Origin: Macrostomum lignano
Lineage: Eukaryota
Assembly (NCBI GenBank): GCA_002269645.1
Contig: NIVC01000591.1
Span: 248,001 to 312,000, forward strand
DNA: 64,000 nt
Reading direction: 5' to 3'
This document shows, one piece after another, positions 41,015 to 60,003 of this stretch (within the stretch, counting starts at the first letter, position 1; each line of letters begins with the position of its first letter). A program made the position numbers and the translations under genes. The notes under the pieces are model-generated. The model was not told the DNA's origin and did no database searches. It worked only from the letters and a program-made list of their open reading frames with translations.

Positions 41015-42325
41015 TCCGCTCTCCCCTCCTTCTCTCCTCTCCCTCCCTCCCCTCCCTCTCCTCTCCCTCTCTCCCCTACCTCTCTCCCCTCCCTCTCTCC
41101 CTCCCTCTCTCTCCTCCCTCTCTCCTCTCCCTCTCTCCCTACCTCTCTCCCCTCCCTCTCTCCCCTCCCTCTCTCCCCTCCCTCTCTCTCCTCCCTCTCT
41201 CCCTACCTCTCTCCCCTCCCTCTCTCCTCTCCCTCTCTCCTCTCCCTCCCCCCTCCCTCTCTCCCTCCCTCTCTCCCTCCCTCTCTCCCCTCCCTCTCTC
41301 TCCTCCCTCTCTCCCTCCCTCTCTCCCCTCCCTCTCTCCCCTCCCTCTCTCTCCTCCCTCTCTCCCTACCTCTCTCCCTCCCTCTCTCCTCTCCCTCTCT
41401 CCTCTCCCTCCCTCCCCTCCCTCTCTCCCTCCCTCTCTCCCCTCCCTCTCTCCCCTCCCTCTCTCCCTCCCTCTCTCTCCCCTCTCTCTCCTCCCTCTCT
41501 CCCCTCCCTCTCTCTCCTCCCTCTCTCTCCTCCCTCTCTCCCCTACCTCTCTCCCCTCCCTCTCTCCCCTCCCTCTCTCCCCTCCCTCTCTCTCCTCCCT
41601 CTCTCCCTACCTCTCTCCCCTCCCTCTCTCCTCTCCCTCCCTCCCTCCCTCTCTCCTCTCCCTCTCTCCCCTACCTCTCTCCCCTCCCTCTCTCCCTCCC
41701 TCTCTCTCCTCTCTCTCCTCTCCCTCCCTCCCCTCCCTCTCTCCCCTCCTCTCTCCCTACCTCTCTCCCCTCCCTCTCTCCCCTCCTCTCTCTCCTCCCT
41801 CTCTCCTCTCCCTCCCCTCCCTCTCTCCCCTCCCTCTCTCCCCTCCCTCTCTCCCTCCCTCTCTCCCCTCCCTCTCTCCCCTCCCTCTCTCCCCTCCCTC
41901 TCTCCCCTCCCTCTCTCCCCTCCCTCTCTCCTCTCCCTCTCTCCCATCCCTCCCTCCCTCCCTCTCTCCCTTCCCTCTCTCCTCTCCCTCTCTCCTCTCC
42001 CTCCCTCCCCTCCCTCTCTCCCCTCCCTCTCTCTCCTCCCTCTCTCCCCTACCTCTCTCCCCTCCCTCTCTCCTCTCCCTCCCTCCCTCCCTCTCTCCCC
42101 TCCCTCTCTCTCCTCCCTCTCTCCTCTACCTCTCTCCCCTCCCTCTCTCCTCTCCCTCCCTCCCCTCCCTCTCTCCCTCCCTCTCTCTCCTCCCTCTCTC
42201 CTCTCCCTCCCTCCCTCTCTCTCCCCTCCCTCTCTCTCCTCCCTCTCTCCCCTACCTCTCTCCCCTCCCTATCTCCCCTCCCTCTCTCCCCTCCCTCTCT
42301 CCTCCATCTCTCCCCTCTCTCTCTT
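41015..42325. repeat. CT-rich polypyrimidine low-complexity array
   Basis: Almost exclusively C/T on the + strand; potential triplex (H-DNA) former. Confidence 0.95.
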
Positions 42326-42944
42326 ACTCACCCCCTTCTTTTCTTCTTTCTCTATTTTAATTTCTTATGATCTCCAAGTTTATGTAAATTTCAATAATTT
42401 ACGCAAAGCACTACCATAGGATAATAACCACATGACCTTGAAATATGCAGTTTACACCTGTTCAAAAAGGATTGAAGGCCAGTGCCAGTAGGACAGTGTT
42501 TAATTCCCTTACCCCCCCCCCCGGAGCAGTTTACCGGCTTTAACACGAAGGAAACAGATCGATACTATTGCTAAGCCTCAAGTGGATTTGTTTTTTGGGG
42601 GGGCAACTACCAGCCTGTCAAACTCTATTTACACTCTGCTTGAAGCGGCACCCAATTCTAAATTTAGCAACAGCTGCTTTTCTCTGAGCAGGGCTTCCCT
42701 TTCTCAAGTGTTCTCACAGCGCATTTGCTGTATGTCAATGAATGTGGCAAGTTTGATAACTGTGTGGGTTTGTTTATCTGCTTGAGCCCCGGTGTTATTT
42801 GGGACTGATTCCGGCTAGACCCACGCGCTCTCTCATTCATTTTTAATGCACCAGCTCTGCTTCAGTCTGTTGATGTCGCTCAGCTCAGCTCCCTTCGGTA
42901 TCCGATTTCTCTTCTGTGTCCTATCTCACCTAGCTCAACTCTCA

Positions 42945-43620
42945 ACTATAGAATCTCTCGCATAGCTATTCTCTCCCCGATCGAATCTTTCCCATATCTA
43001 ATCTCTCCCCTATCGAATCTCTCCCAATCTAATCTCTCCCCTATCTTCTTTCTTCATACTTAATTTCTTCCATATCTAATCTCTCCTCTATCTAATCCAA
43101 CCTCTCCTCAATCTAATCTCCCCCTGATCTAATCTCTCCTCTATCGAATCCAACCTCTCCTCAATCTAATCTCCTCCTGATCTAATCTCTCCTTATTTAA
43201 TCTCTCCTCAACTGATTCTCTACTCAATCTAATCTCATTCATCTCTAATAATCACTCCCCTATCGAATCACTCCCATATCTAATTTCTCCCCCATCTAAT
43301 CCCTACCCTATCTAATCTCTTCTCCAGTCTAATCTTTCCCCTATCTAATATCTCCCATATCTAATATCTACCATATCAAATCTCTCCTATATCAAATCTC
43401 TTCCTATCTAATCTCTAACCAACCTAATCTCTCCCTACTCAAATCTCCGCCATATCTTATCTTGCCCCTATCTAATCTCTGCTTAATTTCATCTCTACAT
43501 AATCAAATCTTTTCCCTATCTAGTCCCTAACCTATCTAATCTCTCCTCTAATCTCTCCCCAATATAGTTTCTTCTTAATCTAATCCCTCCCATATCTAAT
43601 CCCTAACCAATCTTATCTCT
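42945..43620. repeat. Degenerate about 16-bp repeat (TCTAATCTCTCCCCTA-like)
   Basis: Recurring tctaatctctcc motif. Confidence 0.8.
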
Positions 43621-43999
43621 AACATTTGATTCCTAGGGTCCCTGCTGTTTCATCTCGGTAGTCAAGACAGAAACGCAAATTCCTGTCAGCTCATTTATTC
43701 CATTTAGACTTCCGCCCTCAACCGCTAATTGTGGGCTCAGGATACCCCCGGGAATCGGGCAAGACAAATTTGGAAAAATTGACAGCCCTGAGAAGACGAA
43801 CAAGTGTGCTCTGATTAAATAATTGTTGAAGATTTTTCACTTTTTATGTAATTTTAGCTGATCCTGGACCCTGGTGTATAGAAAATGCTAGGCGATGAGA
43901 TTGTAAAAACTGGATAAAGTTTATTACGTTTCCCAGCCATTCTCACCAGTGCCCGATCTGTAGAGCTTAAAGAAATCTTAAAGAACCTTTAACTCATGC

Positions 44000-44985
44000 G
44001 GTCTTGCCTCCTCTCCCCTGCCTCCTCTGCCCTGTCTCCTCTCCCCTGTGTCCTCTCTCCTGTCTCCTCTCCCCTGTCTCCTCTCCCCTGTCTCCTCTCT
44101 CCTGTCTCCTCTCCCCTGTGTCCTCTCTCCTGTCTCCTCTCCCCTGTCTCCTCTCCCCTGTCTCCTCTCCCCTGTCTCCTCTCCCCTGCCTCCTCTGCCC
44201 TGTCTCCTCTCCCCTGTGTCCTCTCTCCTGTCTCCTCTCCCCTGTCTCCTCTCCCCTGTCTCCTCTCTCCTGTCTCCTCTCCCCTGTGTCCTCTCTCCTG
44301 TCTCCTCTCCCCTGTCTCCTCTCCCCTGTCTCCTCTCCCCTGTCTCCTCTCCCCTGTCTCCTCTCCCCTGTCTCCTCTCCCCTGTCTCCTCTCCCCTGTC
44401 TCCTCTCCCCTGTCTCCTCTCCCCTGTCTCCTCTCCCCTGTCTCCTCTCCCCTGTCTCCTCTCCCCTGTCTCCTCTCCCCTGTCTCCTCTCCCCTGTCTC
44501 CTCTCCCCTGTCTCCTCTCCCCTGTCTCCTCTCCCCTGTCTCCTCTCCCCTGTCTCCTCTCCCCTGTCTCCTCTCCCCTGTCTCCTCTCCCCTGTCTCCT
44601 CTCCCCTGTCTCCTCTCCCCTGTCTCCTCTCCCCTGTCTCCTCTCCCCTGTCTCCTCTCCCCTGTCTCCTCTCCCCTGTCTCCTCTCCCCTGTCTCCTCT
44701 CCCCTGTCTCCTCTCCCCTGTCTCCTCTCCCCTGTCTCCTCTCCCCTGTCTCCTCTCCCCTGTCTCCTCTCCCCTGTCTCCTCTCCCCTGTCTCCTCTCC
44801 CCTGTCTCCTCTCCCCTGTCTCCTCTCCCCTGTCTCCTCTCCCCTGTCTCCTCTCCCCTGTCTCCTCTCCCCTGTCTCCTCTCCCCTGTCTCCTCTCCCC
44901 TGTCTCCTCTCCCCTGTCTCCTCTCCCCTGTCTCCTCTCCCCTGTCTCCTCTCCCCTGTCTCCTCTCCCCTCTCTCCTCTCCCCA
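44000..44985. repeat. 14-bp minisatellite (GTCTCCTCTCCCCT)n
   Basis: About 70 copies. Confidence 0.97.
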
Positions 44986-45565
44986 GGAGTTTATAACTTG
45001 GTCAGACAAAGCAATCCGCTCAAATGCTAGGCAATCCGGATTAGCAAATTTCATACGGTTTCTTGAGTAATAATCAATGCTCAATAGATTCCGAAAACCA
45101 AATGCGAGATAAGAAATCCATAACTGTCAAAAGCAGGCAAAACAAGATACCAGCTGTGTCGATTCTGAGCGTAGCTGTTTTGTATGTGTTTTTGTCCTTA
45201 TAGCAAAGTTCGTATGGACATTCCAGACTGTGCTCAGGCAAGCACCCACACACGCGCGTCCAGGTCCAGGCAGTGTAAAGCAGGACTTCCGCCTCGAACA
45301 CCTCCTGCAACAAAAGCTCTTCCAATCCATGCGGACGTCTAAAATAAAAAAAATATTAAATAAGGAAATTGTTCTTGTTGCCAGGGTCTGCGCATTCAGG
45401 CCTGATCCAAAATCCAGATCAGGTCAGACCCGCCGAAATCAATTCAACAATAGGCCTCAAAGATATTTCCTTCTCTATTTCCACCTGGAAGGATATTGCT
45501 GAATTTTTAAAAAAATGAAGTTTGCTAGAGCAGTCTCATTAAAATCAAAGTTAGAGATTCGCTTA

Positions 45566-46165
45566 GTGAGACTGGACACTGAGACTGGACACTGAGACTG
45601 GACACTGAGACTGGACACTGAGACTGGACACTGAGACTGGACACTGATACTGGACACTGAGACTGGACACTGAGACTGGACACTGAGACTGGACACTGAG
45701 ACTGGACACTGAGACTGGACACTGAGACTGGACACTGAGACTGGACACTGGGACTGGACACTGAGACCAGACACTGAGACTGGACACTGAGACCAGACAC
45801 TGAGACCAGACACTGAGACTGGACACTGAGACTGGACACTGAGACTGGACACTGAGACTGGACACTGAGACCAGACACTGAGACTGGACACTGAGACCAG
45901 ACACTGAGACTCGACACTGAGACTCGACACTGAGACTCACAGACAGGGGCGCCCACCTCAGAGACAGGGGCGCCCACCTCAGAGACAGGGGCGCCCACCT
46001 CAGAGACAGGGGCGCCCACCTCAGAGACAGGGGCGTCCACCTCAGAGACAGGGGCGCCCACCTCAGAGACAGGGGCGCCCACCTCACAGACAGGGGCGCC
46101 CACCTCAGAGACAGGGGCGCCCACCTCATAGACAGGGGCGCCCACCTCATAGACAGGGGCGCCCA
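45566..46165. repeat. Compound array: 13-bp (GAGACTGGACACT)n running into 21-bp (CCTCAGAGACAGGGGCGCCCA)n
   Basis: Junction at about 45940. Confidence 0.95.
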
Positions 46166-46599
46166 AGCCCAGTTTGCGAGCGCGCCAGCATTTGGATTTC
46201 AAAGCAGCAGAAGTCCCTAATATTTATAATTCTATTTCTAGCAAAGCCATCTTCAAAGACAGTCAACTTCGCTCACAGAGGCTTTCGCTTTTCAGTTAAG
46301 GCTAAAGGCGGAACCAATTAAGCTGCTTTCAAACGACCAAAACAGCAGCTGCGCCGAAGTTGTCTTCAACAGAAATCTCCTGCACTCATGCCGTGTCTTG
46401 TTGCCCAGCCGGCTGTTTTGCTGCCGCCGCTGGCTAATAGAAAAGGTGCACTGAATACTGCATCCCGCCTTTCCTGCCTGGCCGCTTCAAAAGGAGCCGA
46501 ATGCAAATTATCCTGCCGAAAGTTCTATAAATGGATAGTTATGATTACTAAATAAGGAAGCTTGCATCTTACAGAGTAAACTTCTGATTTTGGCTTTGG

Positions 46600-47862
46600 A
46601 ACTGAGACTGAACACTGAGATTAGAATCTGAGATTCGATACTAAGACTAGAGACTGAGACACAGACGCTGAGACCAGACACTGAGACTGGACACTGAGAC
46701 TGGACACTGAGACCAGACACTGAGACACAGACACTGAGACTGGACACTGAGACTGGACACTGAGACTGGACACTGAGACTGGACACTGAGACCAGACACT
46801 GAGACTGGACACTGAGACTGGACACTGAGACTGGACACTGAGACTGGACATTGAGACCAGACACTGAGACTGGACACTGAGACTGAACACTGAGACTGGA
46901 CACTGAGACTGGACACTGAGACTGGACACTGAGACTGGACACTGAGACCAGACACTGAGACACAGACACTGAGACTGGACACTGAGACTGGACACTGAGA
47001 CTGGACACTGAGACTGGACACTGAGACCAGACACTGAGACCAGACACTGAGACTGGACACTGAGACTGGACACTGAGACTGGACACTGAGACCAGACACT
47101 GAGACTGGACACTGAGACTGGACACTGAGACTGGACACTGAGACTGGACATTGAGACCAGACACTGAGACTGGACACTGAGACTGGACACTGAGACTGGA
47201 CACTGAGACTGGACACTGAGACTGGACACTGAGACTGGACACTGAGACCAGACACTGAGACACAGACACTGAGACTGGACACTGAGACTGGACACTGAGA
47301 CTGGACACTGAGACTGGACACTGAGACCAGACACTGAGACCAGACACTGAGACTGGACACTGAGACTGGACACTGAGACTGGACATTGAGACCAGACACT
47401 GAGACTGCACACTGAGACCAGACACTGAGACCAGACACTGAGACACAGACACTGAGACTGGACACTGAGACACAGACACTGAGACTGGACACTGAGACTG
47501 GACACTTAGACTGGACACTGAGACCAGACACTGAGACACAGACACTGAGACTGGACACTGAGACTGGACACTGAGACTGGACACTGAGACCAGACACTGA
47601 GACTGGACACTGAGACCAGACACTGAGACTGGACACTGAGACCAGACACTGAGACTGCACACTGAGACTGGACACTGAGACCAGACACTGAGACACAGAC
47701 ACTGAGACTGGACACTGAGACCAGACACTGAGACACAGACACTGAGACACAGACACTGAGACTGGACACTGAGACCAGACACTGAGACACAGACACTGAG
47801 ACACAGACACTGAGACTGGACACTGAGACCAGACACTGAGACCAGACACTGAGACTGGACTG
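46600..47862. repeat. 13-bp minisatellite (GAGACTGGACACT / GAGACCAGACACT)n
   Basis: About 95 copies. Confidence 0.97.
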
Positions 47863-47976
47863 AGTACTTTTCCGAGCTTATTTGCTCAGACACCCTGTCA
47901 GCAGAGTTAACTCCGCGTCAGGCATTGTCAGCAAGCATCAGGGCAGCAAAGGTCAACTCAGCTGTCGGGAATTCAG

Positions 47977-48674
47977 CAGATGGATCCCGGGCCACGCCGG
48001 CTTCCTCGGCAACGAGCGCGCCGACCTGCTGGCCAAGGCTGGCTCCGCCGGCGCGCTGCTGGGGCCGGGCCCGGGAGCCCCCATCCCCGCCTCGGTGATC
48101 AACTCCCGCGTTAAGCGCTGGGCTGACTCCGAGCATCTCCGCAGGTGGCACGACACCCGGAACTGTAGGCAATCCCGGGCGGCCGTCCCCTGCCCCTCCC
48201 CTCTCCTGCGTAGAGCCCTCCTCAGGCTCAACCGCAGAGACCTCAGAGCAGTTAGCATGGCCCTCTCCGGGCATGGCTGCTTCTCTCGCCACCGTTTCCT
48301 TCAGGGCCAAGTACCCGAGGAGCGGTGCCCCTTCTGCCGCTCAGGCAGTGAAAACGCCGAGCATTTTATCTGCCACTGCCCGGTTTTCACCAGGGCCAGG
48401 CTTACTCACCTCGGGCCAAACCCGGTTCTCTCCGACGTTTGCAGGCCCGAGAGCATCCCGCTGCTCGCCCGGTACCTCAGGGACACCGGACGAGCTGATT
48501 TCTTCCCCACCGTCGGTGAGGAGGACCGCGCTGCAGGCGAGACCGACGGGTCCCCCTGAGCGACTTCACTTCAACGGAAGTCATTGGTCGCCAGGGGCTA
48601 GCGGAATGGGCGGTCTCCTCCGCCTCCCCGCTGCATCCGCCGGACGCCCCCTGCAGCTAAGTCAAGTAAGTCAA
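47977..48674 (+). mobile_element. Young 5'-truncated non-LTR retrotransposon (RNase H C-terminus + Cys/His motif) with a 13-bp TSD
   Basis: Open frame WIPGHAGFLGNERADLLAK...LSGHG..CPFC..ENAEHFICHCP to stop 48559; tail CTAAGTCAAGTAAGTCAA; TSD GTCGGGAATTCAG at 47964-47976 and 48675-48687. Confidence 0.93.
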
Positions 48675-49739
48675 GTCGGGAATTCAGGGAAGCAAATAAA
48701 AAAAACTGCTAATCCAGTCCATGCGCACTGTTGAAGATCATCAAAGGCAACTCAGCTGAGTTGGGAACGCTAGCTGAAAGCGTCCCCCTTATCCTAATAC
48801 CTTTTATCCCCTCCAGACTTGCTGCTGCATCCTACATGTAATATTCTCCCTCTCTGGGAGCTCATATCCCAACTCCCGCTGTCTGGAAGAGAGCTTTGGC
48901 ACTGGGTCGATCCTACAAATGACTCAGCCAGTGGGATTTCTGCACGAACGGGATTGGCCAGATAAAAATAGGCGTACAGTGACAGAGTGAATAACTGGAG
49001 CATAAATACCCAGGCCGATGTCAGGGCAGTTCAGAACTCATTTCGTACACACCGAATTTATTCTAATTCCTAAGTCAGTAACCCTACCTACTAACTGCAG
49101 CTGGATACAAGGTAAGTGAAGATCTGGTTGCTAGCCTGCTTTGGTGACTTCCCTTTGGATAGCTTTGCTTCCTTAATTTTCCCTTCATCCTCATCGGTCA
49201 AACTGATGAGGATGAAGCTTCAAGAGGATCTTCAAATCCTAGCTAAAGGAGATGCGTGCAGACTTCGAGGACCCCCTTTAGCAGAGGCTGCAGGCTCTTC
49301 AACCCAAATCAACTTCCTTAACTTTGTCTTCGCTAACGAAGGCTGGTCGTGACTGCAAGTAAGACTAGGCATATACAGTGTTAGCTTCTACTCTACTCTA
49401 ATGTACTTTCTTTCGCTCAAAACGTAGCGCGCTAAAAACAACTTCGAAGAAACACGATTGCAATCTACCTCCAAGCTGGGAATTAGAACCAACGCACTAA
49501 GCCCAGCTAAATAGCTATTTTTGAGTAACACTGGGGTCACACGAGGTCAGCAATTTAAATTGCTCAATTGCTTTACTAAGCTCTTAAGAGCTAAATGTAA
49601 CTGGAGTGGGCTCTCGCAGTTCGGGCTCTCTTATCGCCTTTAAATATTAGTTGAGCAGTGAATCAAGTTCTTGTCTGAGACTTGTATGAGACTGAGGAAG
49701 CGACATGGGAGAATGCAGGAGTGTCTCCGTGAGATGAGA

Positions 49740-49945
49740 TCGCATAAGGACCTGATAATACTGGAATATCTCCTTGAGATGAGGTCGCATAGGGACCTGA
49801 GAATTCTGGAGTATCTCCGTGAGGTGATATTGTATAGGGACCTGAGAATTCTGGAGTATCTCCGTGAGGTGATATTGTATAGGGACCTGAGAATTCTGGA
49901 GTATCTACGTGAGGTGAGATGGGACAGGGACCTGAGAATTCTGAA
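49740..49945. repeat. 45-bp tandem repeat (GGACCTGAGAATTCTGGAGTATCTCCGTGAGGTGATATTGTATAG)
   Basis: About 4.5 copies; explains the DLRILEYLREV ORF. Confidence 0.9.
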
Positions 49946-50190
49946 GGAAGAGATTCAAGAGAAGGGACACAAGGAAGAGAAGGGAGAGGATGGAGCGGTA
50001 GCTTAGAAGAGTGGCAGTCGTGTCTCGATGTGAACCATCAGACACAACTGCCAGCCATGCAGTTCGCGGAGTAGTCAAGCTTGATCAGTTATTTATAAAA
50101 AAAGTCGTCATCGAAGTGTGACCAAACGAGACCCAGTAGCAGCCACGCGGGCATCTGGATGCAGAGCACAAATAGAAACATCAGGGCTCC

Positions 50191-50191
<1 letters not shown>

Positions 50192-50238
<47 letters not shown>

Positions 50239-50240
50239 GG
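50192..50240. repeat. (GA)n microsatellite
   Basis: Direct inspection. Confidence 0.95.
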
Positions 50241-51094
50241 GGGGAAGGGCGAGAGGGGGGAAGGGCGAGACAGAACCTTTTGATGGATAAGCATGGAGCT
50301 TGACTTTCTGGGTTTCCCTTTTACCCCAGTTAAGTAACGCACAATGAACCCTGGGCTTCTTTTTATGGGAAGTGTGCATTCTCTAGCCAAGGGGGGGGGA
50401 GAAAATAACGGGAGTGGAGTGTCAGTTTAGTATACTTGGGATCCGAGCTAAGGAGATTTTGTGACAGTATAATGTTTCTGCTAGTGGGGGTATGGAAATA
50501 TTTTTATTTATAGTCTCAGGTAGCTGCTTAGCGAAGGCGCTGGACCTGACGGGCGGGGTCGTGAACTTATGGGGGTTATTTTTATGCAGGCATATGGGAG
50601 AGGGATCCAGGGGCGATATGAGAGAGAGAGGGGAAGAGAGGTCGCATCGCAGTTTCAGGTTTAGCGGAAATCCCATGTTTGCCGAAACCGCCGCGGGGAT
50701 AAGGGACGCAATGGGGGCTTTGGGATAAGTCTGATAGAAAATATTGACCCTACCGGGCTACTATTGCCTGCGAATCTCCCAGTTTGTCAGTCAAATAATT
50801 CTTTTCTCCCTTCCCACTAGATCCCACAGAAAGTGAAGGAAGTCAGGCGCTTTTCTATGGGTTAGTTCGTATGAGTTTTATTGCCAAACACCTGTGCCTG
50901 CAGCTTGTTTGCAGCCCATTAGCTTGTGTTTGTCCGTCAATATTCAGTGGCAGGTGATATATTGCATCTCAAACTGCTCCAGTGAGAGCGATGAGTTCAT
51001 TGGCAAAGTTAGGGAGACTAAGTGTAGTAACTAATTTATAAATTAAGACCGCATCGCGCGAACGGCAATATAAAAAATTAACTTCTAATTAGAA

Positions 51095-51330
51095 ATCAGA
51101 AATCGGAAATCATAAATTGGAAATCATAAATTGAAAATCGATCATGACTAAAAGAAATTATAAATCGGAAATCATAATTCAGACATCGGAAATTGGAAAT
51201 CACTAGTCGGAAATCTTTAATCGGAAATCCTTAACCGGAAATGTTAAATCAGATATCGTAAATCGAAACTCAGATATCACATATCAGAAAATAAGAAATC
51301 GTAAATCAGCGATTAGAAAAAGGAAATTCA
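51095..51330. repeat. Degenerate AAATCGGAAAT-like repeat
   Basis: Recurring aaatcgg/aaatcag motif. Confidence 0.6.
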
Positions 51331-53274
51331 GAAATTTGAAATTGAGAAATTAGACAACCAGAATACTAGAAAATTCTGAATTACAAAGAATAAAAAATGA
51401 AAAGAATAGAAAGAATTAAAAAAGAGATTTTTCAGACGCTATGTGAATTCTCTAAAGCATGTATTTTCGAGATTTTAGCCAAAGTCTTGAAAAACATCAT
51501 TTTTTGTCTATTTTTAGCTTCTATTCGAGTGGGCAAACTGCTTTCTGAATGAAGCATTTTTGTCTTTGACTGTTTGCTTGAACTCCGCTGCGTTTGTGTG
51601 CAGACAATTTCATTTTTCTGTTTCGCTCCACCCACTTATTTTTCTCAGAGTGCCAAAACAAGCTAGAATCTTCAACAAGGAATCCTTCAGTCATCGAATT
51701 TGGGCTTCTGCAGAAAATTTTTCAGGAATCCTCTTTTTTAAAGTTGTCACTAATTGAAGGATGGATTTTGTTAGAATTTTCTAATAATTTTTTATATTAG
51801 TTGTTTTAATTATTCTAGAGTTCGACTTTCTCTCGATGTCGAAAGTCAAATTAGTGAAATTAAAATTGCGCAGAATCTAGCTTAAAATTAGCGGTGAGGT
51901 GACTAAAAACCTATTTTTAGGTAGATAAAAAACTAAGTAATTTTATATTATCTCAATTTGTATTTGTTTTAGTCAGCTGTTACCCATACGAAATTTACTT
52001 AAGTAGCTATTCTCATATAATATTTTGTATTTTCTTCTAATTTACTATAGGAATTTAATAAATACTTATGTTTATTTTTATTATTTGATTAACCGCGTTT
52101 TTTCATTTATACTACCAATGAAATGAACAAATTATCTAAAATGAACAACTACATTTCTTTAAGATAATTTAGCTTTTATTTGGCTACGAGTATTATATTT
52201 AAAAAAAGAGTTATTTAGGGACAAATAAAACACAGTCGTCTTAGTAGTTGTCCCTGGAGTTATTTTAATCAAGGACACACGAAAACTACTGTAACTAAAT
52301 TCTATAGCTGTAATATTTATATAAAATCGAGTAGATCAATTCTACGAGTTGTATATAAAAGTATACGAAATTAAATTGTTATTAACTAATGTTACTCTCA
52401 CCACCTGCATATGTTCTCCTGGTCTAAAATTACCAGAAAATTGCACGCCATAGATGCATGACAATCATTTTGATTGACAGTCAGGTTACCCAACTTAAGC
52501 ATATGATGAGTTACGAGCTAGTTCTGTCGATTATTCAGAATAAGAATAAAGACTTCTATTATTCATCTGAATAGTACTGTACTTTTCTGCATGCCATCAA
52601 AAAGATGCAGTGTATAACTCGCATCAGCTCAGCTTTGGATAGATGATGTTACTTCATACTGGTTAGTAACGTGAATATATCAGTGTGCTCAGAGCTGCCT
52701 ATCCAGAAACTATGGACTCAACTAAGCCATGAAGCCATAAACACGTTTGATCTATGCAGAGAAATGTCAATAATCTTTTTTTGCTTTGTTTGACTTAGTA
52801 GCTAAAAAACCGCTGAAATTAGAAATCTACTTGCTACCAGTACTTATTACACCTCTGGGCAGTAGTGCAATACGTTTATTTTACGTGAATTATAGAGATT
52901 GGGTTGCAAAAATTTACCATTGTTTTCTCAAATTACAATTAAATTTGTATGAAAATTGTTTCGCGACAAAAAATCCTAATTTGTTTAAATAATTACCTAC
53001 AAGATTTGTTAACTTAAAATATTATATCGTAAAAAATTACAATAGGTTAGAAAAACATTACCAAAACTTATTGAGAGATCTGTACGTATGAGAGTGGTGT
53101 AATAGAAGTGACAATCGCAGCAGTGAAAACGTGAGAGTGACAATTATACAAGAGTGAAAATACGAGAGTGACAATTACACAAGAGTGAAAATACGAGAGT
53201 GACTATGCCGCGGACTACTTAAGCGACACTTAAGTAGTCTGTGGACAGTACGAGTATGAAAATGACTACATGAC

Positions 53275-53490
53275 AATATGAGATTAGTGACAATATGAGA
53301 TTAGTGACAATATGAGATTAGTGACAATATGAGATTAGTGACAATATGAGACTAGTGACAATATGAGATTAGTGACAATATGAGATTAGTGACAATATGA
53401 GGTTAGTGACAATATGAGATTAGTGACAATATGAGGTTAGTGACAATATGAGATTAGTGACAATATGAGGTTAGTGACAATATGAGAGTG
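53275..53490. repeat. 17-bp tandem repeat (GATTAGTGACAATATGA)
   Basis: About 12 copies. Confidence 0.95.
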
Positions 53491-53877
53491 ACAGACAGTA
53501 CAATAGAGTAACCAAAATGCAGAGGCTGCACCTACGAACTATTGCAAAGAATATCCGAGTGACGGTAAAATAAAAAAGTTAACATACGGGATAAGAAAAG
53601 GGGGGAGAACACCGATCAGGGAGCAGCAAGTAGACGAAAAAAGTGTCTTAAAGCCAGCGATTTCGTCAGGACTCGCCCACGCACCCTCCGCCCAACCCTT
53701 CAGTGCGGATCGATTCTCACCTCTCTCAGGGGTGGTGAGAGGCGACGGCAGGCATATTTGAGAACTCCTTCTCTCTCCTGCTCCTGGGACCTGGCTTATA
53801 CCCATTATTTTCTACCATAGCTTGCACTTTATATTTGCTATGCTGCAGGAATTCTTAAAAAGGTAACGCTGCTAATA

Positions 53878-54542
<665 letters not shown>

Positions 54543-55164
54543 TCCTCTGTTATAGGAAGTTTGTCATAAAAGCCGCATAAACAGTGCCCTAGAAAACACA
54601 CAGGATAATCTAATAATGCTGCTCTGTACTGGTCAAAATTCTCTAATAACAGTGTCAAACATAAATTACCGGAGCCTAGCAGAGCAGCAGAAAGCTTGAG
54701 GTCAATATGATGAAGCGCTCAGAAGTGTCGGAGGTTCGCACCGGCAGTCTCCAACCTCACCCCAGTCCACCCCCTGTGAGGGATCGATTCCCCACGATCC
54801 CTACGAGCTAGATAATGTTTCCCATTGAGAGAAGAGAAATAAAGCTTCCAGTGGGATCAAAGCCTGGCTCTACTGGCCCTGTTCTCAATAATGGTCGATA
54901 CCGTGTTGGCCTTAGCATGGAGGGGTCCCTGCCGCACGCAACCTCCCCCCTGCTCCCCCTGTGGGATCGCCTGCACCCTGTGACTGACGCCTGGGCTTGG
55001 CACAAGCCGCGTCTGTGCGCAAAGAAAGAGAAGCTCGCAACTAACGGACCGGCACAGCCCCCGCCCTGAAACCCCCTGACCAACCCCGTGCAGTTTCGAG
55101 GGCAGCTTCTGCTCGGCTTCTGTTGTTGCTATAAAAATTTATACCCCAAAATCTGCCGCTCAGA

Positions 55165-60003
<4,839 letters not shown>

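Noticed and set aside
39456-47893. Poly-Thr mucin-like, poly-Leu, Pro/Ser/Leu and SVQSQC ORFs
   Set aside because: Micro- and minisatellite translations with no unique coding sequence.
49196-49240. Hammerhead ribozyme core CTGATGAG (also at about 7099 and 61077)
   Set aside because: No downstream stem II plus GAAA, and no proper stem I/III.
54720-55083. ORFs upstream of RGK (84-91 aa)
   Set aside because: No domain similarity; they lie upstream of the acceptor at 55093 and are probably intronic.
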